Notes under the pieces: generated by a model
Seen by the model: only the letters and a program-made list of their open reading frames with translations
Databases searched by the model: none
Told to the model about the DNA's origin: nothing
Source of the DNA: Alphaproteobacteria bacterium
GTDB lineage: Bacteria; Pseudomonadota; Alphaproteobacteria; GCA-2731375
Reading direction: 5' to 3'
Length of the DNA stretch: 64,000 nt
Assembly (NCBI GenBank): GCA_965232515.1
Contig: CBDDPY010000002.1
Location: forward strand, 4,160,001 to 4,224,000
Made by a program: the position numbers and the translations under genes
Shown: positions 30,477 to 40,653 of the stretch, piece by piece
Layout of the letters: every line of letters starts with the position of its first letter
Numbering within the stretch: position 1 is the stretch's first letter

Positions 30477-31601
30477 ATGAAACCCGCATCGTTGCTCGTT
30501 AGAGACCGTACGGTGCAAGCAATGGCAATCAATTCGCCGATTCCCAGTTTGGCTTCTTTGATAAGGCTTCCCAATTCGGAAGGTTTCGTTCGACGGTTTA
30601 CCGGTGAAATCGATCGATCGCGCAACAACGACGATGCGAGAAGCCGTTATCGCGATAAGTTGTCGAACGCCATTCAGCGGCGGTACTACGCGGCACTGAG
30701 ATTTCGCCATCAGCACATCACTTGGCGTGCGCACCCGGCGTCGGCCGTCCAGCCCAAATCGCCCGGTATCCTGATCATCTCGCTGCCGCGCAGCGGTTCG
30801 AGCTGGGTCGGGTCGATCCTTGGCGCCGCCGGCAATGCCATCTATCTGCGCGAACCGCTCAATCAGAGCTATCTTGCCGCCGGCGGCAACGGCACGGTGT
30901 TTCCTGTCGACGACACCCGGCTGCCGCCCGGCTATGCCGACGCGGCCCGCGCCGCGTTCCTCGCCCAACCGACGTTCGACACCGGCATCGCGCCGCATCC
31001 GCAGCAGTGGACGGGCGGGGATCGCAACCGCCGACGCGTGGTCGTCAAGGAGGTCAATCCGTTCGTTTGCGATTGGCTGGCCCGAGCCTACCGGCCGCGC
31101 ATCGTCCTGTTGCTGCGCCATCCGGCCGCGATCGCGCAAAGTTATCATCGCCTGGGCTGGGATCTGTCCTATGCGCCCCTTGGCATCGACCCGAAGGAGT
31201 CGTTCTGGATCCGGCACGGCGACTTTCAGGCCCGGACGCTGAAACATGTCTTGGCGTTCAGCGCCCGCTACCAAGACATCAAGGTCGTGCGTTACGAAGA
31301 CATCTGCGCGGATCCCGTCGCGCAGTTCCGCGCGCTGTTCGACTACGGTCAAATCGCGTGGGATGGCGATATCGAACAGCGGATCCGGCGGCAGAGCACC
31401 AGCAACGATGATCCGTCGAGCTATGCGACCTCGCGGTTCAGCAACACGATGGCCGGTTCCTGGCGACAATCCCTTAGCCCCGTAGAGATCGCCAATGTCC
31501 GGCGCGGCTACTCGCGGCAGATACTGCCGTGGTACCAAACCGACGCGGATTGGGATGGAATTCGGAGCTCGGGCGAAGATAAACGTCGCTCCAGCAGATA
31601 A
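30477..31601 (+). CDS. PAPS-dependent sulfotransferase (start uncertain)
   Basis: LPRSGSSW (5'-PSB), REP, RHP..IAQS (3'-PB), RYED. Confidence 0.85.
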   Translation: MKPASLLVRDRTVQAMAINSPIPSLASLIRLPNSEGFVRRFTGEIDRSRNNDDARSRYRDKLSNAIQRRYYAALRFRHQHITWRAHPASAVQPKSPGILIISLPRSGSSWVGSILGAAGNAIYLREPLNQSYLAAGGNGTVFPVDDTRLPPGYADAARAAFLAQPTFDTGIAPHPQQWTGGDRNRRRVVVKEVNPFVCDWLARAYRPRIVLLLRHPAAIAQSYHRLGWDLSYAPLGIDPKESFWIRHGDFQARTLKHVLAFSARYQDIKVVRYEDICADPVAQFRALFDYGQIAWDGDIEQRIRRQSTSNDDPSSYATSRFSNTMAGSWRQSLSPVEIANVRRGYSRQILPWYQTDADWDGIRSSGEDKRRSSR

Positions 31602-31682
31602 CGGAACAAATCACCTGCCAGTTTCGCCGACCAATACCAAGGGCGGGATGATTTTGACGGATCGAATTTGCCCGATCTGCAG

Positions 31683-32441
31683 TTATTGGCGAACCTTCCG
31701 GGCCAAATGCCCGGGAATTTTCGCGACACCGTGCAGCGCCCGCCAAACGTTATATGGCGCGTATTGCAGATAAAGATCGGGATGAACGATATCGAGCCGA
31801 ACACCGTCGCCAAACAAATCCTGCGGCAGTGACCCGCTGATTTTTGTGTAGGCGTCGCCGGTCGCGTAAACGAGCGTATTCTGCCGATACCAGTAAGGTA
31901 TTCGATCGTCGTTCCAGATTGCCGGCCTGACAATGTCCAACGGTCGATAATCGTTTCTTGCGAACTTTTCGGCCCAATAGCTCTGCCATTGCTCGTTAAT
32001 ATGCAACTCGCCGCCCTGGCCAGGCACCGCGGCCGAAAACAGCACCAAATTCGCCGACCGGCAGATATCGTCCACAAACGACATGGCCCGGCTTGCGCTC
32101 AGATGTTCCGCAACCTCGAGCGATATCGCCAGATCGAAGCGTTCATTCACGCTTACCGGCTGTTCCAGCTCCCAGGTCAGCATGTCCTCCGACGGGATAT
32201 CCAGGTGCGCCGCGTCGACCCAACTTCCTTCGATCCCGAGAACACGGCCGGCGCCCAGATCGCGCGCAACCGAAAGCCACGTCGCCGATCCGCAACCGAA
32301 ATCGACGACGCTGCGAATATCCGCGACCCGATTAAGGATCCCGAGAATAGATCGCGCGGAGTGAAGCGTGTTTTCTCGTCGATCCCGGTAAAAGTCGGCG
32401 GCGTAGGTCTGGGCTTTTCGTTCTTGATCGGCTTCAGTCAT
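31683..32441 (-). CDS. Class I SAM-dependent methyltransferase
   Basis: DFGCG, SLEVAEHL, FSAAVPGQGG.HINEQW. Confidence 0.88.
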   Translation of the reverse strand: MTEADQERKAQTYAADFYRDRRENTLHSARSILGILNRVADIRSVVDFGCGSATWLSVARDLGAGRVLGIEGSWVDAAHLDIPSEDMLTWELEQPVSVNERFDLAISLEVAEHLSASRAMSFVDDICRSANLVLFSAAVPGQGGELHINEQWQSYWAEKFARNDYRPLDIVRPAIWNDDRIPYWYRQNTLVYATGDAYTKISGSLPQDLFGDGVRLDIVHPDLYLQYAPYNVWRALHGVAKIPGHLARKVRQ

Positions 32442-32731
32442 CGTCAACCAGCTTCGAACATCGAGCGGCGGCTCGTCAAAGAAACGCCGTTTCGTTGTGG
32501 CATCCTTTCCGGCCGGACGGCAACCACCGGACAGCCCGACACACGTCAATGTCACCAAGGACGGCGGTCGCCGGTCAGTTGACGGGATCGGTTGTCACAC
32601 GTTTGCCACGGCCAGCGTCGATGCACGGCTGACCAAAATAGGCCCGATCTTGGTCACTGGAGGAAGGACGAACCTGTTCGCTAGTGTTTGCCGGCCGGAG
32701 ACGTTCGCCGCATCCTCAGGTTGGCCAACGA

Positions 32732-33709
32732 ATGCGAGTGCTGGATCAAAGTTCGACGTCGTCGCCACAGGTATTCGTCGGCGGCTGCGCACGTAGCGGC
32801 ACCACGATGCTGGGCTCGATGCTGGGCTCCGAGCCCCACATCCTCTGCCTGCCCGAGGCGCAGTTCATCGCGCAACTGATCACGGATAAGCGGCCGCTGA
32901 ATGCGACCGACATCACCCGGCTGGTCGAGCGCATCGGCAGGCATCCGCGCTTCAAACCCTGGGGCGTCGAGATCGCGCCCGAACGGTTCCTGCATCTGGC
33001 GGACAGGGTCGACTATGCGGGCTTCATCGATGCCTTTGCCGCCGACTACGGGCGGACCGTCGGCAAGCCGCAAATTCAGCGCTGGGTCGACCATTCCCCG
33101 ATCAACATCCGCCAGGCAGGCAAGTTGGCCAACGCCTTCCCCAGATCGAAGTTCATTCACATCTACCGCGACGGCCGCGCGGTGGCGAATTCGCTGCTGC
33201 CGCTGGACTGGGGACCGAACGATATCATCGGCATGGCGGGTTACTGGCGCGACTCGCTGAGTATCGGCTTCGGGCTCTCGGTCGTGCTTGCACCGGAACG
33301 GCTGCTGCATGTGAAGTACGAAAATCTGGTCCGGCACCCGGAAACGACGATGCGGCATGTCGCTGCGTTTCTGGGAATTGCCTATTCGGATTCGCTGCTG
33401 GACACCGGCGGGTTGGCGGTACCGGCATACACGCGGGCAAATCACAGCCTGATCGGCGCCGCGCCTTCCGCCGATCGCATCAATGCCTGGCAGAACCGGT
33501 TGAGCAGCCGGGAAATCGAGGTGTTCGAATACCTGGCCGGCGGATTGCTGGCGCATCTGGGCTATGGCCTGGTGGCCGGCGGCAAACCGCGGGCGCCGTC
33601 ACAGCCGGAACGTCTGCGCTGGCGGCTGCACAATGCGTACAAACGGCGGATCAACGCCAGACGCTATCGCGCCCGCGTATCCGATTTCGGCTCGATGCAG
33701 TCCGCCTAG
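32732..33709 (+). CDS. PAPS-dependent sulfotransferase
   Basis: GCARSGTTML, RDGRAVANS, KYENLV. Confidence 0.9.
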   Translation: MRVLDQSSTSSPQVFVGGCARSGTTMLGSMLGSEPHILCLPEAQFIAQLITDKRPLNATDITRLVERIGRHPRFKPWGVEIAPERFLHLADRVDYAGFIDAFAADYGRTVGKPQIQRWVDHSPINIRQAGKLANAFPRSKFIHIYRDGRAVANSLLPLDWGPNDIIGMAGYWRDSLSIGFGLSVVLAPERLLHVKYENLVRHPETTMRHVAAFLGIAYSDSLLDTGGLAVPAYTRANHSLIGAAPSADRINAWQNRLSSREIEVFEYLAGGLLAHLGYGLVAGGKPRAPSQPERLRWRLHNAYKRRINARRYRARVSDFGSMQSA

Positions 33710-33728
33710 ACGCAGCTTCCGTCAGTTT

Positions 33729-34601
33729 TCAAGACGCGGCCGCGACGGTCATCGGGATTTGCCAGGCCTGCTCGACGTCGATGCCATAGACGTCGCGGAG
33801 GCGAGCCAGATCGGGCATGATTCGCGCTTCCGCCACACGCTTCTGATCGGCCGAGAGGCTGAAATCGCCTTTCGCCTTCGGTGAGACGGCGTGACGGAGC
33901 CGTTGCCGCAGCGACCGGGGCACAACCGACGTCGCCAACTGCTCCAGCGGCCGAATACCTTGCAGGAACGACCAGGCCGGATTCTCGAGATGCCGGCGGC
34001 CGGACTCGTTGTAGGTCCGACTGGTGTCGAATGCGAAGGGCGGCAGATCGAGAAACCGGCAGGTCCGGTCGAGAACGGCGCGGGTATCGTGGCGCAAACC
34101 CTCGGCGGTCAAGATCAGCACGTCCTTCATTTCGACGTGCGCCGCATAGGCGTCCAGCTGCATGGCGTAAAGCGAGGACGTCAATGCCTCCTCGAACAAC
34201 GTGTCTGTCCAAGCGAACGGTGTTCCGGCGTCACTGTTCTGCCGGCTGACGAAATACTTCTGCTCGGCGTAGGACGGCATGCGCTCGAACGGGTGCCGCA
34301 GAATGTAGATGAACCGAAACGACAGATCGGTGAGGGTGGCGATACGCGCCGGCACGCTCGGAAACATGGGCTGGATCGTATAGCTGGGGGAAGCTTCGAG
34401 CGCGATACGATGCAGATCCGGATCCCAATCCCAGTGGCCGAGATAGAAGTCGCGGCCACGGTCCCAGTGCCGCGAGAAGAAGTTGATCTCCTTGCGGTTG
34501 GCAGCGCAGATCCGGGGGTGCTGCGACAAATAGCTGAACAGGCTTGTGGTCCCGGCCTTGCCGGCGCCGATGATCAGGGCAAGATTTTTCGGTTTAGCCA
34601 T
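33729..34601 (-). CDS. PAPS-dependent sulfotransferase (heparan-sulfate ST-like)
   Basis: IGAGKAGTTSL, KEINFF, EASPSY, LRHPFER..S. Confidence 0.9.
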   Translation of the reverse strand: MAKPKNLALIIGAGKAGTTSLFSYLSQHPRICAANRKEINFFSRHWDRGRDFYLGHWDWDPDLHRIALEASPSYTIQPMFPSVPARIATLTDLSFRFIYILRHPFERMPSYAEQKYFVSRQNSDAGTPFAWTDTLFEEALTSSLYAMQLDAYAAHVEMKDVLILTAEGLRHDTRAVLDRTCRFLDLPPFAFDTSRTYNESGRRHLENPAWSFLQGIRPLEQLATSVVPRSLRQRLRHAVSPKAKGDFSLSADQKRVAEARIMPDLARLRDVYGIDVEQAWQIPMTVAAAS

Positions 34602-34647
34602 GCGCGCTCGACAATAAATGACAACCTGGACGGCAAATGCATCCGGT

Positions 34648-35775
34648 CTATCGGCCGGTCAATAAGCCGGCCATCTGCCGGGGTGTCTCCGGTTCGTTCC
34701 GCCAAGACAGCGAATGCCGGATCTTGGTGACGACGGACGGCCAAATCAGGCGGCGGATCCGCAGCAGGAACCGCAGCGACAGCAGCGGCCGCTTCGAGAC
34801 CTTGCCGTTTCGGAGGATCAGACTGATGAGCGTGATGCGGGCGCGGTTAAGCAAGGCAACCCTGGCAGCACGCCGCGGCGCGGCGTCCCCGCCGGCCAGC
34901 AGCCGGTCGAGCAGGAGATCGGCGACCCGCAGCAGGTCGCCGACTTCGCCCGCCGAGAGCGGCGCCGGGGCCGGTTGCAGGTGCAACGCGACCAACCGCT
35001 CGAAGGCCTCCAGGTGGGGCGCCAGGTCCGGAAACTGGCGCAGCAAATGCGCCGCCGCGATGCGTTTGTGATTGGCGATCTGGTCGTCCCGCCGCGTCAC
35101 CCCGACGGCGCCGCCATGTCGACGCCAGAAGACCAACGGCCCCTGGAGGACGGCGGCGTCACCGTGCAGCAGCATGCGGGTCCACAGGTCGTAATCCTGG
35201 CTGGTGGTCAGACGCTCGTCGTAGCGCAGGCCGGCGTCGCGGATCAGCTCGGCGCGAAACATCGCGCTTGGATGCAGCAGCGGCGACCAGAAGAACGAGT
35301 GCCAGCGAACCTCGATGGGCCGGAGGGCGCGGATTGCCACGGCCCGCGTCCGCGCATCGTCATCGAGGCGAACATGGCCCGATCCCGCCAGAACGACCTC
35401 GGGATTGGCCTCGAAGAACGCCAACTGTCGGGCGAAACGGTCCGGCACCGCGATGTCGTCGGCATCCATTCGAGCGATGAAACGGCCGCGCGCCGCCGCG
35501 AGGCCAATATTCAGCGACCGGGTCAGGCCCAGGTTATGCGGATTGACGATCAGCCGGATGCGCGGATCGTCAAAGCTGCGCAGGATATCGGCCGTGCGAT
35601 CGGTCGATCCGTCGTCGACGATCAGGAACTCGAAGTCGGTGGCGCTCTGGCCGAGGATGCTCTCGACCGCCTCCGCGAGAAACCGTTCGCCGTTGTAAAC
35701 CGACATCACAACGCTGATCGCCGGCCCGGGGGTCGGTTGCGTTTCCGTGCTGGATGCGCCCGCCGGCATGGCCAT
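34648..35775 (-). CDS. GT2 glycosyltransferase
   Basis: VYNGE, DDGSTD, RMDADD, HPSAMFR, DYDLW. Confidence 0.92.
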   Translation of the reverse strand: MAMPAGASSTETQPTPGPAISVVMSVYNGERFLAEAVESILGQSATDFEFLIVDDGSTDRTADILRSFDDPRIRLIVNPHNLGLTRSLNIGLAAARGRFIARMDADDIAVPDRFARQLAFFEANPEVVLAGSGHVRLDDDARTRAVAIRALRPIEVRWHSFFWSPLLHPSAMFRAELIRDAGLRYDERLTTSQDYDLWTRMLLHGDAAVLQGPLVFWRRHGGAVGVTRRDDQIANHKRIAAAHLLRQFPDLAPHLEAFERLVALHLQPAPAPLSAGEVGDLLRVADLLLDRLLAGGDAAPRRAARVALLNRARITLISLILRNGKVSKRPLLSLRFLLRIRRLIWPSVVTKIRHSLSWRNEPETPRQMAGLLTGR

Positions 35776-36849
35776 CTATGTCCGCGCGGCCGAGGCCAGA
35801 CGGCGGGCGGCGACGGCCAGCATCGACGGCAGGTAGCGGTAGGCGCGGACGAGAAAACAGGCCGCCAGCAAGGGCCGCTTGTGCAGGCGGCCCTTGCGCA
35901 GCACGGCGCCGAACAGCAGCAGCGCGGCGTTGCGCGTGACAGCGATCCGATCGTCGACCGACAGCGGTCGCGGCGGCTGCGCAACGAAACTCCGCAGCAT
36001 CTGGTTCACGGCGCCGAGGCAGGCGGCGGCGTCGCGCCAGCTGATCGGCGCTTCGGCGCCGAAGCCATGGATCTCGACCAGCCGCGCGATCTTGTCGCGC
36101 TGCGCGCGCAGCGCCGGGAACTGCCGTTCGACATTGGCCCGCGCGATGGCAATGGTCGTCGCCATCTGTTGCCGCCGCCGGGCGACGCCGATGGCGCCGG
36201 CATGCCGCCGCCAGGTCACCAGCGGCCGGCCGAGACGCGCGCCCGCGCCAAACGCAAGCATGCGGACCCACATGTCGTAGTCCTCGGCATCGGCATGCTC
36301 GTCATAGCGCAGGCGGCCCTGGCCGGTCAGGCTGGCGCGAAACATGACGCTGGGATGGATCACCGGCGAATGGAGCAGCGCGGTCCAGCGAAACTCGGCA
36401 TCGGCCATCGGCCGGGCGACCCGCTCGACCTGATGGCCGGCATCGTCGATCGAGACATAGCCGGAACCGAGCAGAACCACGTCCGGGTTGGCCTCCAGGA
36501 ACGCGACCTGTTCGGCCAAACGCTCGGGATGGGCGATGTCATCGGCGTCGAAGCGGGCAACATAGCGGCCTCGAACCGCCTCGAGGCCGACATTCAACGT
36601 CTTCGTCACGCCCATATTGCGTTCGTTCGCGATAACCCTGAGGCGCGGATCGTCGATGCCGGCGAGCACCGCGCGGGTGCCGTCGGTGGACCCGTCGTCG
36701 ACAATCAGAAACTCAAAATCAGTGAAACTCTGTCCAAGGATGCTGTCGACCGCCGCGCGCAGATAACGCTCGCCGTTGTAGACGGGCATCAGGACGCTGA
36801 CCATCGGTGGCGCGCCGGACGGCGTTTCGGTGGCAGCAGGAATACGCAT
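35776..36849 (-). CDS. GT2 glycosyltransferase
   Basis: PVYNGE, DDGSTD, DADD, EDYDMW. Confidence 0.92.
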   Translation of the reverse strand: MRIPAATETPSGAPPMVSVLMPVYNGERYLRAAVDSILGQSFTDFEFLIVDDGSTDGTRAVLAGIDDPRLRVIANERNMGVTKTLNVGLEAVRGRYVARFDADDIAHPERLAEQVAFLEANPDVVLLGSGYVSIDDAGHQVERVARPMADAEFRWTALLHSPVIHPSVMFRASLTGQGRLRYDEHADAEDYDMWVRMLAFGAGARLGRPLVTWRRHAGAIGVARRRQQMATTIAIARANVERQFPALRAQRDKIARLVEIHGFGAEAPISWRDAAACLGAVNQMLRSFVAQPPRPLSVDDRIAVTRNAALLLFGAVLRKGRLHKRPLLAACFLVRAYRYLPSMLAVAARRLASAART

Positions 36850-37132
36850 TTACGGAACCTGCCACAACGCCGATAACGAAAACGCAAACAATCCTGAGAC
36901 AATTGTATGGCTTGCGGTGCCGGGCACGAGCACTCTGGAGAGGCGATCCGCATCGCGGATATATCTCAGGTCGATTAAAACTTTAGCGGGTGCGCCGCCA
37001 GTCAGGTGGATGACCCGCCATCGAATTGCTGATACAGATCTCGACGCAAGCTCGCCGGCCGAACCACGCCATCCAGCGAAAACAAACAAGTTGCGAGACG
37101 ACGGCGCGGCCGGCCGTCGATTCGAGGGCACG

Positions 37133-38065
37133 ATGACCGACAGCCGACGCGACCGGCCAGACCAGATCTGCCTGATCATCGGCGCGATGAAGTCGGGCAC
37201 GACGAGCCTGTTCAATTACCTGGCGGACCATCCGCAGATCTGCCCCAGCCGCACGAAAGAGCCGGATTTCTTCGCGCTGGACGAGGTCTATGACCAGGGT
37301 CTGGACTGGTACTTCGACCTCTGGAACTGGCGGCCCGGCGCGCAGGCGGTGGCGCTCGAGGCCTCGACCAACTACACCAAGCGGCCCGTCTTCGAGCACA
37401 CGGCCGATCGGATCGCCGCGGTCACGGGCGTCCGGTTCAAGTTCATCTACGTGATGCGGGACCCGCTGGCGCGGATAGAATCGCAGGCGAAGTATGCGGC
37501 CTATGCCGGCCGCGAGGTGCGGGGCGAAGCGCATGCCCGGATCATGCCGCGCTATTCGCGGTCCTATTCGCTCGACGAGGGCGTCAGCGAGCTCGCGGTC
37601 GCTTTTTCGAAGTACGCCTATCAGCTCGATCCGTTCGCCAAGCTGTTCCCGCGGCAAGACATCAAGCTGGTGTCGTTCGAGGATCTGATCGGCGACCCCG
37701 CGGCGGTGCTGCGCGACATCTGCGGCTTTCTGGCGATCGATCCGACGCACCCGTTCGCCGTCGACGGCAAGGCCTTCAACGAGTCGGCGGGTCTGACCCG
37801 GCCGGCGGACGCCTGGCTCAAGCTGCGCGCGATCGGACCGCTGGAGAAGTTGGCGGTGGGCCTGGTGCCGGCGGCGTTCAGGCGGCGGATGCGGGACATG
37901 GCGACGTCGCGGCCCCGGGGCCGGTTCGAACTGACCGCGGCAGAACGGGCCGCGGTGCTGCAGGCGCTGGCTCCCGATCTCGTCCGGTTGCGGGACGACT
38001 TCGGCTTCGACGCCGAGGCCGCGTGGGGCATCGATCTGGGCCGGGACCATGCCGGCAATCCCTGA
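37133..38065 (+). CDS. PAPS-dependent sulfotransferase (paralog of 33729-34601)
   Basis: IGAMKSGTTSL, KEPDFF, EASTNY, RDPLARIES. Confidence 0.9.
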   Translation: MTDSRRDRPDQICLIIGAMKSGTTSLFNYLADHPQICPSRTKEPDFFALDEVYDQGLDWYFDLWNWRPGAQAVALEASTNYTKRPVFEHTADRIAAVTGVRFKFIYVMRDPLARIESQAKYAAYAGREVRGEAHARIMPRYSRSYSLDEGVSELAVAFSKYAYQLDPFAKLFPRQDIKLVSFEDLIGDPAAVLRDICGFLAIDPTHPFAVDGKAFNESAGLTRPADAWLKLRAIGPLEKLAVGLVPAAFRRRMRDMATSRPRGRFELTAAERAAVLQALAPDLVRLRDDFGFDAEAAWGIDLGRDHAGNP

Positions 38066-38086
38066 ACGGCGGCGGGCGGCGACGGC

Positions 38087-39241
38087 GTGACCGACGCGAA
38101 CGGGGCGGCCGACGGTCGGCGCAAACGGTTCACGTTCGTGACGGTCGCGCCCTACTATCCCGAGGCGGTGGGCGGGGCGCAGCTATCGACTCATACCCTG
38201 CTGACGATACTGGCCGGGTTGGGCTGGGATGTCGGCGTGATTTGCGCCAAGGAAGCCTCGACGAACGCGTCCAGCTATCTCGGCCGCCGATGGCGTTCGG
38301 CCATCAACGCGCTGGCGGGGCCCAGTCGCGAGACCGATATGGACTGCGGCTATGCCTGCACGCGGTTCGGGCGGCTGTCGCAGCTTCGCCTGCGCCCGCT
38401 GTTCGCCGAACTTGAACGCCGCGGCCCAACGGTGATCGCCACCGAAATCGGCACGGGCGGCCATACGCCCTCGAAGCTCGCGCTGCTGCGGTCGCTGATC
38501 GCGCGGCCGGCGCCGAGCTTCGTTTTCGTGCGCACGTTGTCGGATCCGGCCTTCGAGCGGATCGACGGCTGGTCGGGACCGCATCTGACCTTCGTCGCCA
38601 ATTCGCCGTTCGTCGCCGGAGAACTGGAACGCCTCTACGGCATCGCCGCCAAGATTCTGCTGCCGGTGATCGAGATCGACGGCTTCGGCATGGACGATGC
38701 CGACAAACGGCCTTTCGTCACCTTCATCAATCCGGTGCCGGAGAAAGGCGCATCGGTGTTCGTCGAGATCGCCGAGCGCATGCCGGACGTGCGGTTTCTG
38801 GTGGTCAAGGGCAAGTGGTCGCAGCGCGACTATGACGGGGCCGGCGATCTCGATGCCATCGCCCGGCTGCCAAATGTCCGCATCGCCGCGTTCACCAATG
38901 ACGTCGTGCAGATCTATCGGCAGACGCGCGTGCTGCTGGTGCCGTCGCAGTTTCCCGAACCGTTCGGCCGCGTCGTTGTCGAGGCGCAGGCGAACGGCAT
39001 TCCCGTGGTCGCGAGCGATCGGGGCGGATTGCGCTATGCGGTCGGCGCCGGCGGCATGCTGGTGTCGCCGGCGGACGCGCCGGGCGGCTATGTCGACGCG
39101 CTGTACGCGCTGCTGAGAAACGACGCGGCGTACCGGGAACATCGCCGCGCGGCGCTGGCAAACGCCGAGGGCTACCGCCACACGCGCGAATCGCAACTGA
39201 ACGATTTTCTTTCCGGCCTGAATGGTCTGTTACGACACTAA
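38087..39241 (+). CDS. GT4 glycosyltransferase
   Basis: GGAQLS, INPVPEKG, EPFGRVVVEA (EX7E). Confidence 0.9.
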   Translation: MTDANGAADGRRKRFTFVTVAPYYPEAVGGAQLSTHTLLTILAGLGWDVGVICAKEASTNASSYLGRRWRSAINALAGPSRETDMDCGYACTRFGRLSQLRLRPLFAELERRGPTVIATEIGTGGHTPSKLALLRSLIARPAPSFVFVRTLSDPAFERIDGWSGPHLTFVANSPFVAGELERLYGIAAKILLPVIEIDGFGMDDADKRPFVTFINPVPEKGASVFVEIAERMPDVRFLVVKGKWSQRDYDGAGDLDAIARLPNVRIAAFTNDVVQIYRQTRVLLVPSQFPEPFGRVVVEAQANGIPVVASDRGGLRYAVGAGGMLVSPADAPGGYVDALYALLRNDAAYREHRRAALANAEGYRHTRESQLNDFLSGLNGLLRH

Positions 39242-39276
39242 CGTCCCGGCAAGACGGTTGCCGGTTGCCTGGACCA

Positions 39277-40485
39277 TCATCTCGGCGCCATCAGTCTCCG
39301 GATTGGGCGGACGACCTGCGGCAGAAGTGGCACCCGTCGCAACTCGCTTCGCAGCAACATCGCGGCCGCCTTCAACGGCCGCAGTCGCTTCGAACGCGCC
39401 ACACTCCGATCGATGGCGCGAACAATGTCATCGCGGCCGCGTTCCTGCGCCGCGTCACGAATCTCCAACGCGAAATCGACGTCGCTCTGATGCATCAGAT
39501 AGACGTTCGCCACGCGATCCAAACTGTAGTCGATCCAGTCGAACGATCTGCCCAGACGCCGCTTGTCCAGCAGATCGAGCGTCACCATTGTCCGCAGGCA
39601 TTTGCTGCATTGGCTGCAATTCGACGCGCTGCGAGAACGCCAGCACACGCGCAATGTGGCCGCCGCCTCGGGTTCTTCGCAGATCCGCGCCGTCTTTTCG
39701 ACACGCGTGGCGACGCCGCCATGATGAACGAACGCCATATGCGCCGAGCTGTATAGCGGGTCGGCCAGCGGATGCGATCCCCAGGGCGCCAGATGCCCGA
39801 AGTCATGCGTCGATCCGATCAGCATGGTCTTGAACTTGTTCGACAGCAGATGGCCGACGCATGCCAACGCCGCGCCATGTGTCAATTCACCCCACCAGCG
39901 CTGAAATCCAGGCAAATCGCGCAGATTTGTGGCAATCGGAATGAGCGCCTTGTCGAAATGCGCGGCCGTACGTTCGCCGATCGCGCATGCCTGGGCAAAC
40001 TCGTCCGGCGCCTCGAGCGGAATATCGAAGCCCCACATCATCACAAGGCTGGTCACATCGGCGCTGGCGGCATCGTCAACGCCGTCGTCCGCACCCAGCA
40101 ACGAGAAATAGCCATCGACGCCGCCACTGAAGAACAGGCCGGTTTCGGTGCCACGAATTGGATTGGGACACGCCTGTGTCTCGATGTCGACGGGCCGCGT
40201 CCACGGATACCAGCTGTGCCAGAGACGTTGCAGGCCCTTGAGATTGTAAAGAAGCGTCGGATCGACCGGGAGGTCGATGACGAGGTCCTCTTCCGCGCAT
40301 ATCGCCGCCGGCAAAAGCATGACCAGCCAGGGTTCGCCGCGGTCGTTGACACTGGCCTCCAGGCCGGTCGGCAAATCGAACCATATCGTCCGGGGCTGCT
40401 GACGTGCGAACGCGACCTCTGCTGAAATTCGAACGTGGCCGGAACCCGACGGCGATGGGCGCCGATCGACGGCAACGAGCTGCAC
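39277..40485 (-). CDS. PP-loop (adenine nucleotide alpha-hydrolase, QueC-like) protein, copy 1
   Basis: FFSGGVDG, WGSHP, RVEK, VCW..NCSQCSKCLRT. Confidence 0.7.
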   Translation of the reverse strand: MQLVAVDRRPSPSGSGHVRISAEVAFARQQPRTIWFDLPTGLEASVNDRGEPWLVMLLPAAICAEEDLVIDLPVDPTLLYNLKGLQRLWHSWYPWTRPVDIETQACPNPIRGTETGLFFSGGVDGYFSLLGADDGVDDAASADVTSLVMMWGFDIPLEAPDEFAQACAIGERTAAHFDKALIPIATNLRDLPGFQRWWGELTHGAALACVGHLLSNKFKTMLIGSTHDFGHLAPWGSHPLADPLYSSAHMAFVHHGGVATRVEKTARICEEPEAAATLRVCWRSRSASNCSQCSKCLRTMVTLDLLDKRRLGRSFDWIDYSLDRVANVYLMHQSDVDFALEIRDAAQERGRDDIVRAIDRSVARSKRLRPLKAAAMLLRSELRRVPLLPQVVRPIRRLMAPR

Positions 40486-40653
40486 AATTCGACCTCGTGC
40501 AATTGCTCAAATTAGCGAATAGCAATGTAACTCATACGACCTAGTTCCTAAATTGGATTTAACAAGAAGGGGTATTGTCCGGCGGTCACACCTGGACGAT
40601 TGCGAGAGCATCACCGCGTCGACCCGCGTCGGCCTCGGCCGCAGAATCCGGAC

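Noticed and set aside
34714-36876. 720-aa plus-strand ORF (similarly 43900-46026, 21021-22814, 4328-5869)
   Set aside because: Antisense shadows of well-supported genes in high-GC DNA; no recognisable motifs
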